From assembly GCA_963741945.1 (NCBI GenBank), contig CAVUKA010000005.1, positions 160,001-224,000 on the forward strand: 64,000 bases of DNA, in the 5' to 3' direction. Positions 22,893 through 32,077 of this stretch are shown here, piece after piece. Below the pieces are notes generated by a model that did no database searches, was not told the origin of the DNA, and was given only the letters and a program-made list of their open reading frames with translations. The stretch is from an uncultured Gemmatimonadales bacterium (GTDB lineage Bacteria > Gemmatimonadota > Gemmatimonadetes > Longimicrobiales > RSA9). Each line of letters starts with the position of its first letter. Position 1 is the first letter of the stretch. The position numbers were made by a program, and so were the translations under genes.

Positions 22893-23042
22893 CGCGGAGA
22901 CGCGGAGATCGCGGAGAACATCAACAGCGGTCCACGCGGAGACGCGGAGATCGCGGAGAACATCAACAGCGGTCCACGCGGAGACGCGGAGATCGCGGAG
23001 AACATCAACAGCGGTCCACGCGGAGACGCGGAGATCGCGGAG
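22893..23042 (+). repeat. Tandem array of about 3.5 42-bp units, CGCGGAG family
   Basis: Unit CGCGGAGACGCGGAGATCGCGGAGAACATCAACAGCGGTCCA at 22893, 22935, 22977; partial at 23019. Confidence 0.95.
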
Positions 23043-23254
23043 GGCCTGCCGGGCGGGGCCGGGAGAGCTGCCCGGAACGCTGGGGGGCAATATCAGAAGA
23101 ATCGGGCGTCGGCGCCGGGCCGGGCGCCGCCCCGGCGGCTGCCACACACGCGGGCCTCTCTCCGCGCTCTCCGCGGCTTCGCGTGCCCGGTGTTCTTCGC
23201 TTCCTTCGCGCCGTCCGCTTCCTTCGCGCCGTCGCTTGCTCCGCGCACTCTGGC

Positions 23255-25888
23255 TCAGCGCTCGCCCGCCGTCCCGCGCACCACGCCCTCGACGAGCCGC
23301 TCCGGGTCGAACCAGCGCCGCGTGGCCTCCTGCACGTGCTCCCGGGTGACGCCGCGGATCCGCGACTCGAGTTCCCGGATCTCCTCGAGGCCGCCACCGA
23401 GCATGAGGGCGGCGGCGAGCTCGCTCAGCTGCGCAGCGTTGCTCTGAGTGCGGATCTGCCAGGAGCCGACCGTGTAGCGCCGCGCGCGCTCCAGCTCGTC
23501 CTCCGTGGGGGGGTCATCCCGCAGGCGGAGCAGCTCGGAGAGAAGCGCCTCCCGGGCCTCGTCGCCCCGGTCCCTGGCGGATGCGATGTAGCCCACGAAC
23601 GCCCCGGCCTGGCGACGCACGAGCGGGTAGGCGGTGACGGTGTACGCCAGGGAGCGGCGGCTCCGCAGCTCCTCGAACAGTCGGTTGCCGAGCCCGCTGA
23701 CGGCGTTCGACAGCACTTCCATCACGGGCCGGTCTTCGTGCCCGCGGGACGGCCCGGGGAACGCCAGGGCGCGCGCGGTCTGGGCCCGCTCGCGCGTGGT
23801 GGCCCGGATGACGGGGCGGGCGGGCCAGGCCGGCTCGGGCTCGAGCGTTCGGACGGTCCGGGTGGGCGTGCCCACGTGGGCGGAGACAACGTCCGCCACC
23901 TGTTCGGGCGCCACATCGCCCACCACGAAGATCCAGGGCTCCGCGAGCTCTTCCGCGTGCCAGCGTCGCAGCGGCTCCGGGCCGAGGCGGGCCACGGCCT
24001 CGGCGACCTCTTCGGGCGAGCGGCCGTACGGGTGGCCGGCGAACGCGGCCGAGAGCATGAGCCGGAGCGGGTAGCGGTACATGTCGTCCCGCAGCCGCTC
24101 GAGATCCGCCAGCACCATGTCGCGCTCCCGCTCCACTTCCGCGTCCGGGAACGACGGGTGCAGCGCCACGTCCGCCAGGAGGGCGAAACCCTCCCGGAAA
24201 TGCTCCGCCGGTACCGTCAGCTCCCAGGAGAGGAGGTCGGCGCCGGCCGAAGCCGCAATGCTGCCACCGAGCCGCTCGGTTTCCAGCGCGATCCGCTCGG
24301 CGCTCCGCGTGGCCGTCCCCTTCACGGAGGTGCGCATCACCAGGCCTGTGATCCCTGCCACGTCCGGCGTCTCGTGCAGCACGCCGCCCCGTCGGGCCAG
24401 CGCCATCGACACGAGCGGCGCGTGCGAGCGCGGCTTGACCACGAGGCGGCCGCCCTCCAGCGGATACTGCACCACGCCATCGACAGTCTCCGGCGAGCCC
24501 AGGACCATGGGTGCGGCCAGCGGCGGTGCGGTGCCGGTGCCGGTGGAGACGGCCGCCCACGCCCCGGAGGGTGCGGCCCCGGCGAGGGCGGGTACGAGCC
24601 CGTCGTCGCCCCAGTCCAGCGCGTCGGCGCCGTCGGGGCGGTAGACCAGGGCGGTCATGCGGTCGGGCGCCAGGTACCGTGCGGCGGCGGCGCCGACCTG
24701 GTCCACCTCGATCCCGCGGAGGCGATCCAGGTAGCCGCCGGCCTTGCGCCAGTCCCCCAGCGCCTGCCATTCGGCCAGCAGATTGGCCTGGCCCTCGGCC
24801 GTTTCCAGCCGCCGCAGGAGCCTCGCCTCCAGCAGCGTCTGCACACGCTCGAGCTCCCCCCGCCCCGCGTCGCCGGTGCGCACGCGCTCCACTTCACCCC
24901 ACGCGGCCCGGAGCGCATCGGCCGTCCGCCCCGCTTCGCACTCCAGCCCGATGCCGAAGACGCCGATGTCCGCGGGCGTGTAGTTGTACGCGTCCACGCT
25001 GGAAGCCAGACCGCGCTCGCGCACGCCGCGGTAGAGGCGGGAGGCTCTCCCCTGTCCCAGCAGGACGCCGAGCACGTCCAGGGCCGGGGTGTCCTCGTGC
25101 AGCTCGCCCGGGGAACGCCAGCCCAGCTCCACGTACGTGTGAGCGATGTCGCCGCTCAGCTCCCGCAGCCGCGGCCCGGTCCGGGGTGGCTCGGAATGCT
25201 CCACCCGGTCCGGCGCCCCCGGCGGCAGCCCGGCATAGAGCGTCTCCACGCGGTCGATAATGCGAGGAGGATCGACGTCGCCGGAAACCACCAGCGTGAT
25301 GTTCCCGGCACGGTACATGGACCGGTAGTAGTCGAAGACCTGCGCCCGCTCGAGCCGCTCCAGCCCCTCCTCCGTCCCCATTCGCCAGCGCCGGATCGGG
25401 TGCACGTCGAACATGGCCTCGTACAGCTTCTCCGTGGCCATGGCACCGGGGTTGTCGTACTTCCGGTTCACTTCCTCGATGATCACGAGCAGCTCCTTCC
25501 GGAGCTCTTCCTCGTCGATCTGGGAGTGGATCAGCGCGTCCGCCTGGATGTCCAGACCCATGTCCACGGCCGCCGCCGGCAGCACCGTGTAATACGACGT
25601 GTGGTCGTAGATCGTCCCCGCGTTCAGGTACCCGCCCGCCCCCTTCGTCGCCCGGGCGATCTCCCCCACCCCGCGCCGCTCCGTCCCCTTGAAGAACATG
25701 TGCTCCAGCACGTGGCTGATCCCCACCAGCTCGTCCGGCTCGTCGAAGTAGCCGGCGCGCACGTGGGTCACGATGGCCACCACGGGCGCCGCGTGCACTT
25801 CGCGCACGAGGAGCGTGAGGCCATTTTCGAGTCGATGCTCGACGGGTCGGATGCGATCCAGCAGCTCGGTTCCGGTCATGGGCTCCAT
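23255..25888 (-). CDS. M16 family zinc protease (PqqL-like, fused active and inactive halves)
   Basis: Inverted zincin HVLEHMFFKGT, GGYLNAGT..D.T.Y, second half with RLFEELR..LAY. Confidence 0.92.
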   Translation of the reverse strand: MEPMTGTELLDRIRPVEHRLENGLTLLVREVHAAPVVAIVTHVRAGYFDEPDELVGISHVLEHMFFKGTERRGVGEIARATKGAGGYLNAGTIYDHTSYYTVLPAAAVDMGLDIQADALIHSQIDEEELRKELLVIIEEVNRKYDNPGAMATEKLYEAMFDVHPIRRWRMGTEEGLERLERAQVFDYYRSMYRAGNITLVVSGDVDPPRIIDRVETLYAGLPPGAPDRVEHSEPPRTGPRLRELSGDIAHTYVELGWRSPGELHEDTPALDVLGVLLGQGRASRLYRGVRERGLASSVDAYNYTPADIGVFGIGLECEAGRTADALRAAWGEVERVRTGDAGRGELERVQTLLEARLLRRLETAEGQANLLAEWQALGDWRKAGGYLDRLRGIEVDQVGAAAARYLAPDRMTALVYRPDGADALDWGDDGLVPALAGAAPSGAWAAVSTGTGTAPPLAAPMVLGSPETVDGVVQYPLEGGRLVVKPRSHAPLVSMALARRGGVLHETPDVAGITGLVMRTSVKGTATRSAERIALETERLGGSIAASAGADLLSWELTVPAEHFREGFALLADVALHPSFPDAEVERERDMVLADLERLRDDMYRYPLRLMLSAAFAGHPYGRSPEEVAEAVARLGPEPLRRWHAEELAEPWIFVVGDVAPEQVADVVSAHVGTPTRTVRTLEPEPAWPARPVIRATTRERAQTARALAFPGPSRGHEDRPVMEVLSNAVSGLGNRLFEELRSRRSLAYTVTAYPLVRRQAGAFVGYIASARDRGDEAREALLSELLRLRDDPPTEDELERARRYTVGSWQIRTQSNAAQLSELAAALMLGGGLEEIRELESRIRGVTREHVQEATRRWFDPERLVEGVVRGTAGER

Positions 25889-25981
25889 CCGGGCATGAAC
25901 TTTTCGTGCCGTTGCGCACGGCCGGCAATGGCCCGCAATCTGATCACGGGACGCGTGACCACAACCCTGGAGACCGAAAAC

Positions 25982-26821
25982 GTGCTCGTCTACCTGAACC
26001 GTGAATACATCCCGCTGGAGGAGGCCAGAGTGTCCGTGCAGGACCGCGGCTTCCTCCTGGCCGACGGCGTCTACGAGGTCATCCGGATCTACGCCGGCCG
26101 GGCACACGAGCCGGAAAAGCACTTCGAGCGGATGCGGAACGGCCTGACTGCCCTCGACATCGACGTCCGTTCCCTCCGGCAGGTCGAGACCGCCGCATAC
26201 CGCCTCATGCGTGAGAACGGGATCGAGGGTGCGGGGGCCATATACGCACAGGTCACCCGGGGCGCGGCACCACGAAGCCATGCGTTCCCGCCGGAAGGGA
26301 CCCCGCCCACCGTGTACGTCAGGGTCTACCCCTACACGCCGTATCCGGAGACGCTCTGGGAAGATGGCGCGGACGCCATCACGGTTCCGGACAACCGCTG
26401 GGCACGCTGCGATATCAAGTCCATCGCGCTCCTGCCCAACGTCCTGGCGAATCAGGCGGCCCATGCCGCCGACGCTTTCGAGGCACTCTTCGTCAGGGAC
26501 GGCGTGATCACCGAAGGATCCCACTCCAACGTGTGGGCCGTGCGCGCTGGGACGCTGATCACGTACCCTTCCTGCAACTACATCCTGTCCGGCATCACGC
26601 GCGCCCGGGTGTTCGAGCTGGCACACGACCTCGGGATCCCCGCGCAGGAGGCCCCGGTCTTCGCCCACGAGCTCGACCGCGTCGACGAGGTCTTCCTGTC
26701 CGGAACCACCACGGAGATCATGCCGGTCGTGCGCGTGGACGGACGGGAGATCGTGGACGGACAGCCCGGGCCCCTCACCTCCAAGCTCCGTGACGCGTTC
26801 CGGGCCAGCCTGCCCCGGTAG
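25982..26821 (+). CDS. dat: D-amino-acid aminotransferase (class IV PLP)
   Basis: DRGFLLADGVYEV, RCDIKSIALLPN, TEGSHSN, ILSGITR; GGAG plus GTG start. Confidence 0.88.
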   Translation: MLVYLNREYIPLEEARVSVQDRGFLLADGVYEVIRIYAGRAHEPEKHFERMRNGLTALDIDVRSLRQVETAAYRLMRENGIEGAGAIYAQVTRGAAPRSHAFPPEGTPPTVYVRVYPYTPYPETLWEDGADAITVPDNRWARCDIKSIALLPNVLANQAAHAADAFEALFVRDGVITEGSHSNVWAVRAGTLITYPSCNYILSGITRARVFELAHDLGIPAQEAPVFAHELDRVDEVFLSGTTTEIMPVVRVDGREIVDGQPGPLTSKLRDAFRASLPR

Positions 26822-27020
26822 CCGGCCGCCCGAACGGTCGGCGGCGACTGTCGGCTGCCCGGCCGCCCCACGCGGGCGGGGGCGTCCGCCCGGGGCTTCC
26901 CGACGTGCCATGGATCCGCCCGGCTACCCGCGCCACCTTGCCGGAGCCGCCCGGGCGGCCTAGCGTTGGGAAGCGCCGGCCCGCCCGGCTCACGTACACC
27001 TCCACGCCAGTTGCCAACGA

Positions 27021-27500
27021 ATGAGCCGTTCCCTGAACAAAGTCATGCTGATCGGGAATGTCGGAGCGGAGCCGGAGATCCGGTCCACCGCGTCCGGCAC
27101 CCGCGTGGCCAAGCTGTCGCTGGCCACCAACCGCACGTTCCCCGACCGCTCCGGCCAGCAGCAGGAGAAGACGGAGTGGCACCGCCTCACGTTCTTCGGC
27201 AAGATCGTCGACGTGATCGAGCGGTACGTCCACAAGGGTGACCGCCTCTACGTCGAGGGCCGGATCGAGTACTCCCAGACCCAGGACGAGCAGGGCAACG
27301 TCAAGTACTGGACCGATATCGTGGTCAACGACATGGTCATGCTCGGAGCCGGCGGCGGCGGCGGCGAGGCCGCCGGCGGCTATGGAGGCGGCGGAGGCGG
27401 CGGGGGCGGCGGCGGGTTCTCCGGTGGGGGCGGCCAGGGTCGCGACCAGGAGCCCTCCGGCGGCAGCCCCTTCGACCAGGACGACGACCTGCCCTTCTGA
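27021..27500 (+). CDS. ssb: Single-stranded DNA-binding protein
   Basis: LNKVMLIGN, TEWHR, Gly-rich linker, C-terminal DDDLPF. Confidence 0.97.
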   Translation: MSRSLNKVMLIGNVGAEPEIRSTASGTRVAKLSLATNRTFPDRSGQQQEKTEWHRLTFFGKIVDVIERYVHKGDRLYVEGRIEYSQTQDEQGNVKYWTDIVVNDMVMLGAGGGGGEAAGGYGGGGGGGGGGGFSGGGGQGRDQEPSGGSPFDQDDDLPF

Positions 27501-27518
27501 GGCAGGCCGGATCCCGGA

Positions 27519-27875
27519 TCAGCCGGATTCCGGAGCGTCTCCGGGGCGAGGATCGCCTCGATCACCTCCGGAATCCGCCGGGGCTTCGTCGTACTTCTCC
27601 CATTCGGCCCGGACCCTCCGGGCATCCGCGGGTCTCCCGAGTGCCTCGTAGTCCGTCGCCAGGTCCTGCCTGGCCGCCTGCAGCCAGCTGACCGAGGGAT
27701 CGGTCTTCCCATGCAGGATCTCGTAGCCCGCCCTGGACTCCCGCTCCGCCTCCTTCCACCGGTCCTGCCGGAGGAGCGCGCGGCCGAGCTTGATCCTGGC
27801 GATTCCGGTGTTCATGTCTTCCGGCGAGAGCCTGTTCGTGAAGATGCGAACGGCCTCCCTGAACAGCCGCTCCGC
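27519..27875 (-). pseudogene. C-terminal TPR fragment (resembles tail of TPR-containing Ser/Thr kinases)
   Basis: TPR-like AERLFREAVRIF lies upstream of the first in-frame ATG (27815); LGRALL..EAE, LA..YEALGRP..A. Confidence 0.55.
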
Positions 27876-27900
27876 CCCCGTGGCGGCGGGCCGCGCCTTC

Positions 27901-28164
27901 CTACGGCCGGCTCAGCCGCTTCCTCGCCGCGGCCTCATCCGGCGGCAGCGCGTCGGGCGACGACGCGACCAGCAGCTCTCCGGGCGCGAACGTCCGGATC
28001 TCCGGGTCCCCGTCCAGCTGGACTTCCACCTTGTGCGGGAAGTACTGCGAGTTCTCCACCACCATTCCCTTCCGCCCCACCAGCCGGGGGTCGGCTGGGA
28101 AGCGGCCGCGCGTCACTTCCACCCGCGAGCCCACCGGGATCACCGATCGTTCCGTAATCGCCAT
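27901..28164 (-). CDS. Small hypothetical protein, SH3/KOW-like pattern
   Basis: GAGGAG RBS; PVGSRVEV..GRKGMVV..VEVQLDG..F..EL. Confidence 0.65.
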   Translation of the reverse strand: MAITERSVIPVGSRVEVTRGRFPADPRLVGRKGMVVENSQYFPHKVEVQLDGDPEIRTFAPGELLVASSPDALPPDEAAARKRLSRP

Positions 28165-28359
28165 TGCCACTCCTCGTCCGTTGCCGTGGAGCCGAAGGAT
28201 GGCGCAAGGCGGCATGCACCCGCAACCCGGCGGCCCCACCGCCACCGACCACCACACGGCCTGCTGTTGCCGACCTTCGCCGCCCTCGTGCCTCCGCTTG
28301 CCGCAGCCGCCGGGCCGCCACTATCTTCGCTTCCCCGAACCCGACTCCGAGGCCAGGAC

Positions 28360-28599
28360 ATGCAGGAAACACGCAACATCTCCCGCGGGGTAGCCACCAT
28401 CCCCGGCTTCATCATCGGCGTGCTGTGGCTCGCCATGGCCGCGACAACCATCTGGAGCTCCGCACGCGGATACGCCAACGGACGCCCCGACTGGGGCCTC
28501 GGATGGGCGATCGTGGGGTTCTTCCTCGCCGCCGCCGGCCTCTCCGCCCTGGTCGGCACCTGGTGGCACAACTTCCGGGTGGCACGCCGCGACCACTAG
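28360..28599 (+). CDS. Small two-TM membrane protein (79 aa)
   Basis: Two hydrophobic segments after ATG 28360. Confidence 0.65.
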   Translation: MQETRNISRGVATIPGFIIGVLWLAMAATTIWSSARGYANGRPDWGLGWAIVGFFLAAAGLSALVGTWWHNFRVARRDH

Positions 28600-28626
28600 C
28601 AGCCGGCTGGCCCCGGTCAGCCCCAC

Positions 28627-28956
28627 CTACCCGCCCGGCGTCACGTCCTTCCAGAACCCGAGCATCTCCGCATCGTATCGAGCCGGCGACGCCACGTACG
28701 CGACCCGCCATTCCTCGAATTCCGGGAGCGACATCCGCTGCAGCAGCGACTCCGTCGCACGCTGCACCAGCACGCGGTAGCTCTCGTCGGCAGGATGCGG
28801 CGGAGAAGGCGGCGGACCCGACGGCTCGGCACCGCCTTCCGGCCGCGCAAGCGTATAGATCTCTTCAGGGCTCAGATCGAGAAAACGCTCCGCCACCCGG
28901 GCTGAACACCAGTCCAGGTACTTCGCTCGCAGCGTCCGCTCCCCAGCTCCATCCAT
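28627..28956 (-). CDS. Hypothetical protein (109 aa)
   Basis: LRAKYLDWCSARVAERF..LPEFEEW..Y..P..Y; resembles C-domain of 29649..30377. Confidence 0.7.
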   Translation of the reverse strand: MDGAGERTLRAKYLDWCSARVAERFLDLSPEEIYTLARPEGGAEPSGPPPSPPHPADESYRVLVQRATESLLQRMSLPEFEEWRVAYVASPARYDAEMLGFWKDVTPGG

Positions 28957-29022
28957 TCGGTCCGCCGATGCTCGGGATCACCGCTCCAACGCCCCAAGCC
29001 TAGAGCGGCGCCCGGATGCCCG

Positions 29023-29217
29023 TCAATACCGAGACTCCGATGGCGCCCCCAGACGCGGCTCACGCGCCACCAGGTGATCGAAAATCGCCCGGCGCATCAA
29101 GCCGTACGCCACGATCCGACTCAGAACGTCCGGATCGCTCTCCTTCACTCGCTCCGCCTCATCGGCGAGCGACTGCGGCAGGCGTATGCGAAGATCGATC
29201 GCACAGGTGTCCGTCAT
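29023..29217 (-). CDS. Small ribbon-helix-helix-like protein (64 aa)
   Basis: Alternating strand DLRIRLP followed by two helices; promoter upstream. Confidence 0.6.
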   Translation of the reverse strand: MTDTCAIDLRIRLPQSLADEAERVKESDPDVLSRIVAYGLMRRAIFDHLVAREPRLGAPSESRY

Positions 29218-29239
29218 TGGATGAGCCCCGGTGGGTCGT

Positions 29240-29600
29240 TGTGGAAAACTTGTTGAAAGCTTGCGGAAAAATCGGTCTTTCGATCCCTACGCCAGCCTTT
29301 CGGACGCTTTCGCGGCTTCTCGCCTCGAAGGACTGCGAAGATACCCCGCTCCCGCCCGGCCGTCAAGGCTTTCGTGGAACCCCCCGTGGCCCTTGGACTT
29401 ACCGCTATGTCGTTGATACATAACAACTTACACGAAACGGCAGAATCCGGGTTTTTGCCATTTTCGGCCCCCGTCCGATGAGTGGAAACGCGTGGTTTGC
29501 TGGTGCGGATCTGTTGCCATTGCGGTACATCCGCCAGCCTTGAGGTCTGAAAATGCCGCCGCCCGCCCCTCCGTAAACGTCTGTTTTTGGGGGTGGATAA
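29240..29600. promoter_or_regulatory. oriC-like region: DnaA boxes and IHF-like site
   Basis: TGTGGAAAA 29240, TGTTGAAAG 29251, TGCGGAAAA 29262, AGTGGAAAC 29481, GGTGGATAA 29592; TATCAACGACATA (minus) 29406-29418. Confidence 0.55.
29338..29366 (-). promoter_or_regulatory. Sigma70-type promoter (leftward)
   Basis: TTGACG-17 nt-TATCTT. Confidence 0.6.
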
Positions 29601-29613
29601 GTCGCGCCCGCGC

Positions 29614-29642
29614 TTGACCGTGACTCGGGCGCGCGCTACGCT
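29614..29642 (+). promoter_or_regulatory. Sigma70-type promoter (rightward), probably leaderless mRNA
   Basis: TTGACC-17 nt-TACGCT; GTG start at 29649, 7 nt past the -10. Confidence 0.55.
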
Positions 29643-29648
29643 GTCCCC

Positions 29649-30377
29649 GTGTTGAATCCCGAGGAACGCCAGAGTGGCGAAACGTCGCGAGCGGTGCCGC
29701 GCGAAGGGTGTCGGGAGCGGGCGCGTCGGCGCTCGTTCTGTTTCCTGGAGCGGGGTGGCGAGCGCTGGGCGGTGTTCCTGGCCACGTACGCGGGGGAGGA
29801 CGGGCGGTGGCGCGGGTACTTCACCTTCCGGACGGGGGCGGCGGGGCTGGAGGGGCAGGAGATCCGGACCACGGACCTGTTCCTGGAGAATGGCGAAGCG
29901 GATGTGGATGCGCGGGCGCGGGGACTCGGGAGGCCGCTGCTCGCGTCGCTCCTGGAGTCGGCGCTGCACACACACGAGCGTCGGCACGGGGTTTCGGCCG
30001 ACGACCGCCGCTGGTTCCGGCGGCTGCTGGCGAAGCGGTCGGAAGCCATCGTCTCGCCTCTGGGTCAGGCGCCGGAGCCCACGCTGGCGCACCTGCGGTC
30101 GCTGTACGACTCGTACCGGATCGATCAGGTTTCTCACCTGATCGCGCTCGTGGAGCCGGCCAGCTTCCGGGAGCTGGTGGACCGGGTGCTGGACGGCCGC
30201 CAGATCGACTTTCGGGCGAGCGATCGGCTGCAGCTCGCCATGCTGGTGGTGCAGGAGCTCGAGCGTCGGCTGCCGCTGCCGCCGCTGGAGGTCTGGGCCG
30301 AGGACTACATGGCGCATCCCGAAGTCTACCAGCGCTACAGCCACGAGCTGCACCGGGGTCAAAGCACCCCCGATTGA
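29649..30377 (+). CDS. Two-domain hypothetical protein (242 aa)
   Basis: N-domain WRGYFTF..RTTDLF.E; C-domain LRSLY..LPPLEVW..Y..P..Y. Confidence 0.75.
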   Translation: MLNPEERQSGETSRAVPREGCRERARRRSFCFLERGGERWAVFLATYAGEDGRWRGYFTFRTGAAGLEGQEIRTTDLFLENGEADVDARARGLGRPLLASLLESALHTHERRHGVSADDRRWFRRLLAKRSEAIVSPLGQAPEPTLAHLRSLYDSYRIDQVSHLIALVEPASFRELVDRVLDGRQIDFRASDRLQLAMLVVQELERRLPLPPLEVWAEDYMAHPEVYQRYSHELHRGQSTPD

Positions 30378-30470
30378 GGGCGACGGAGGCGGCGCTCCCG
30401 CGCCCCGGGCAGAAGAGCCACCAGGTTCCCCACCCGCCTTGCAGGCCGATGAAGCGGTGACCCGATTCCC

Positions 30471-31868
30471 TCACCCTCCCCAGAACCCGAGCGCCTGCCC
30501 CAGCAGCTGGATAAGGATGAGCGCGATGGCGGTGGGGCAGATGAAGCGGATCAGGAAGACCCAGAGCCTGCCGAGCGGGAACTTCCCGTCGTTCGCCCGC
30601 ACCTCTTCCCCCGCTTTCCGGACGCCCCAGACCCAGGCGATGAAGAGGCTGATCAGGAGAGCGCCGAGCACCAGCGAGTACTGGCCGAAGATGGTGAACA
30701 GCAGCGAGAGGAAGTCCATCCCGACGCCTGGGAGGTGACTGAGGGCCGGCACTGCGCCGTTGGCCAGCGCGCTGGGGATGCCGAGGAGGAAAGCCGCGCC
30801 GCCGATGATGAAGGCGGCCTTCTTCCGTGGTATGGCGCGTTCGTCAATGAGCCAGGCCGAGGCCACCTCGAGGAGCGAAACGCTGGACGTGAGCGCGGCG
30901 ATGGCGAGCAGGACGAAGAAGAGCGTGCCGAAGACGATGCCACCGATGGGCGCGGGGGGAATGGATCCGAGAAGCGAAGTCAGGACGACGAAGACCATGC
31001 CCGGGCCGCCTTCGCCGGGGTTGAGGCCGGCGGAGAAGAGGGTCGGGAAGATGATGAGCCCGGCCATGAACGCGATGAGGGTGTCGAACGCGGTCACCCA
31101 CGCGGCGGAGCTGACCAGATCGTCGGTCTTCGAGATGTAGGAGCCGTAGGTGATCATGGCCCCCATCCCGAGGCTGAGGCTGAAGAACGCCTGGCCGATG
31201 GCGGCGAGGATGACGTGGAACGTGATCTTGCTGAAATCCGGCTTGAGGTAGAACTCCAGCCCATCGACGGCGTGCGGGAGCGTGACGGCGCGGAACACGA
31301 GGGCGAGAAGGATGAAGAAGAGCGCGGGCATGAGGACCTTGGTCCAGCGCTCGATCCCGTCGCGGACGCCGCCGATCACGACGAGGATCGTGAGCACCAT
31401 GAAGACCATGTGCCAGCCGATGGCCGGCAGCCAGTCGCCCGCCACGTGTCCGAAGATGACCGTCGTGTCCGTGTGCGCGCTGAACGTTCCGGTCGCGGCC
31501 TTGATGATGTAGGCCAGCGTCCAGCCGGCGATGACGGAGTAGAAGCTGAGGATGACCACGCCCGTGAGGACTCCCAGTCCTCCCACCGCCACCCACGCGG
31601 TCCCGGGGGCGAGTGCGCGGAAGGCGCCCACGGGATTGCGCTGCGTTCGCCGCCCGATGATGAGCTCCGCCAGCATGACGGGAGCGCCGATGAAGGCGAC
31701 TGCGAGGAGATAGATGACCAGGAACGCGGCGCCACCGTTCTGGCCGGCGACGGTGGGGAAGCCCCAGATGTTGCCGAGCCCGATCGCGCTGCCGGCGGCT
31801 GCCAGGATGAAGGCGAGCTTCGAGCCCCAGTGATCGCGGGGCGCGGGCGTCGTGACCGTGGTTTCCAT
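30471..31868 (-). CDS. Sodium-dependent transporter (NSS/SNF, LeuT-like)
   Basis: GSAIGLGNIWGFP, NGGAAF, GQAFFSLSLG.G.MITYGSY, ALTSSVSLLE. Confidence 0.94.
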   Translation of the reverse strand: METTVTTPAPRDHWGSKLAFILAAAGSAIGLGNIWGFPTVAGQNGGAAFLVIYLLAVAFIGAPVMLAELIIGRRTQRNPVGAFRALAPGTAWVAVGGLGVLTGVVILSFYSVIAGWTLAYIIKAATGTFSAHTDTTVIFGHVAGDWLPAIGWHMVFMVLTILVVIGGVRDGIERWTKVLMPALFFILLALVFRAVTLPHAVDGLEFYLKPDFSKITFHVILAAIGQAFFSLSLGMGAMITYGSYISKTDDLVSSAAWVTAFDTLIAFMAGLIIFPTLFSAGLNPGEGGPGMVFVVLTSLLGSIPPAPIGGIVFGTLFFVLLAIAALTSSVSLLEVASAWLIDERAIPRKKAAFIIGGAAFLLGIPSALANGAVPALSHLPGVGMDFLSLLFTIFGQYSLVLGALLISLFIAWVWGVRKAGEEVRANDGKFPLGRLWVFLIRFICPTAIALILIQLLGQALGFWGG

Positions 31869-32077
31869 TTCGACTCGTTGGAGAGGGTGGTCGCGCCGGG
31901 GCCGGGCGGGCCCGTGTCGCAGGTCTGCGTCGTCGCTACGAGCTGTGGGCGGCGGAATCGCGCGAATCTTTCACGGGCGCCGCGGCACCGCAAGGTGACC
32001 GCGGCCATCGCGGGCTGCCATCGCGCGGGCCGTGCCTGCCGGGACCGCCTGGGCTGCCCTCGGCTTTGCGTGGGAGA

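Noticed and set aside
22805-23008. N-terminal repeat extension of the crotonase (LMFSAISASPRGP x3)
   Set aside because: Product of the 42-bp DNA repeat; the real start is the ATG at 22804
21896-25981. 1641-aa plus-strand ORF
   Set aside because: Antisense shadow of the crotonase and M16 genes in a high-GC genome; only the last ~280 codons (dat) are real
27350-27440. GGC microsatellite
   Set aside because: Encodes the normal Gly-rich SSB linker
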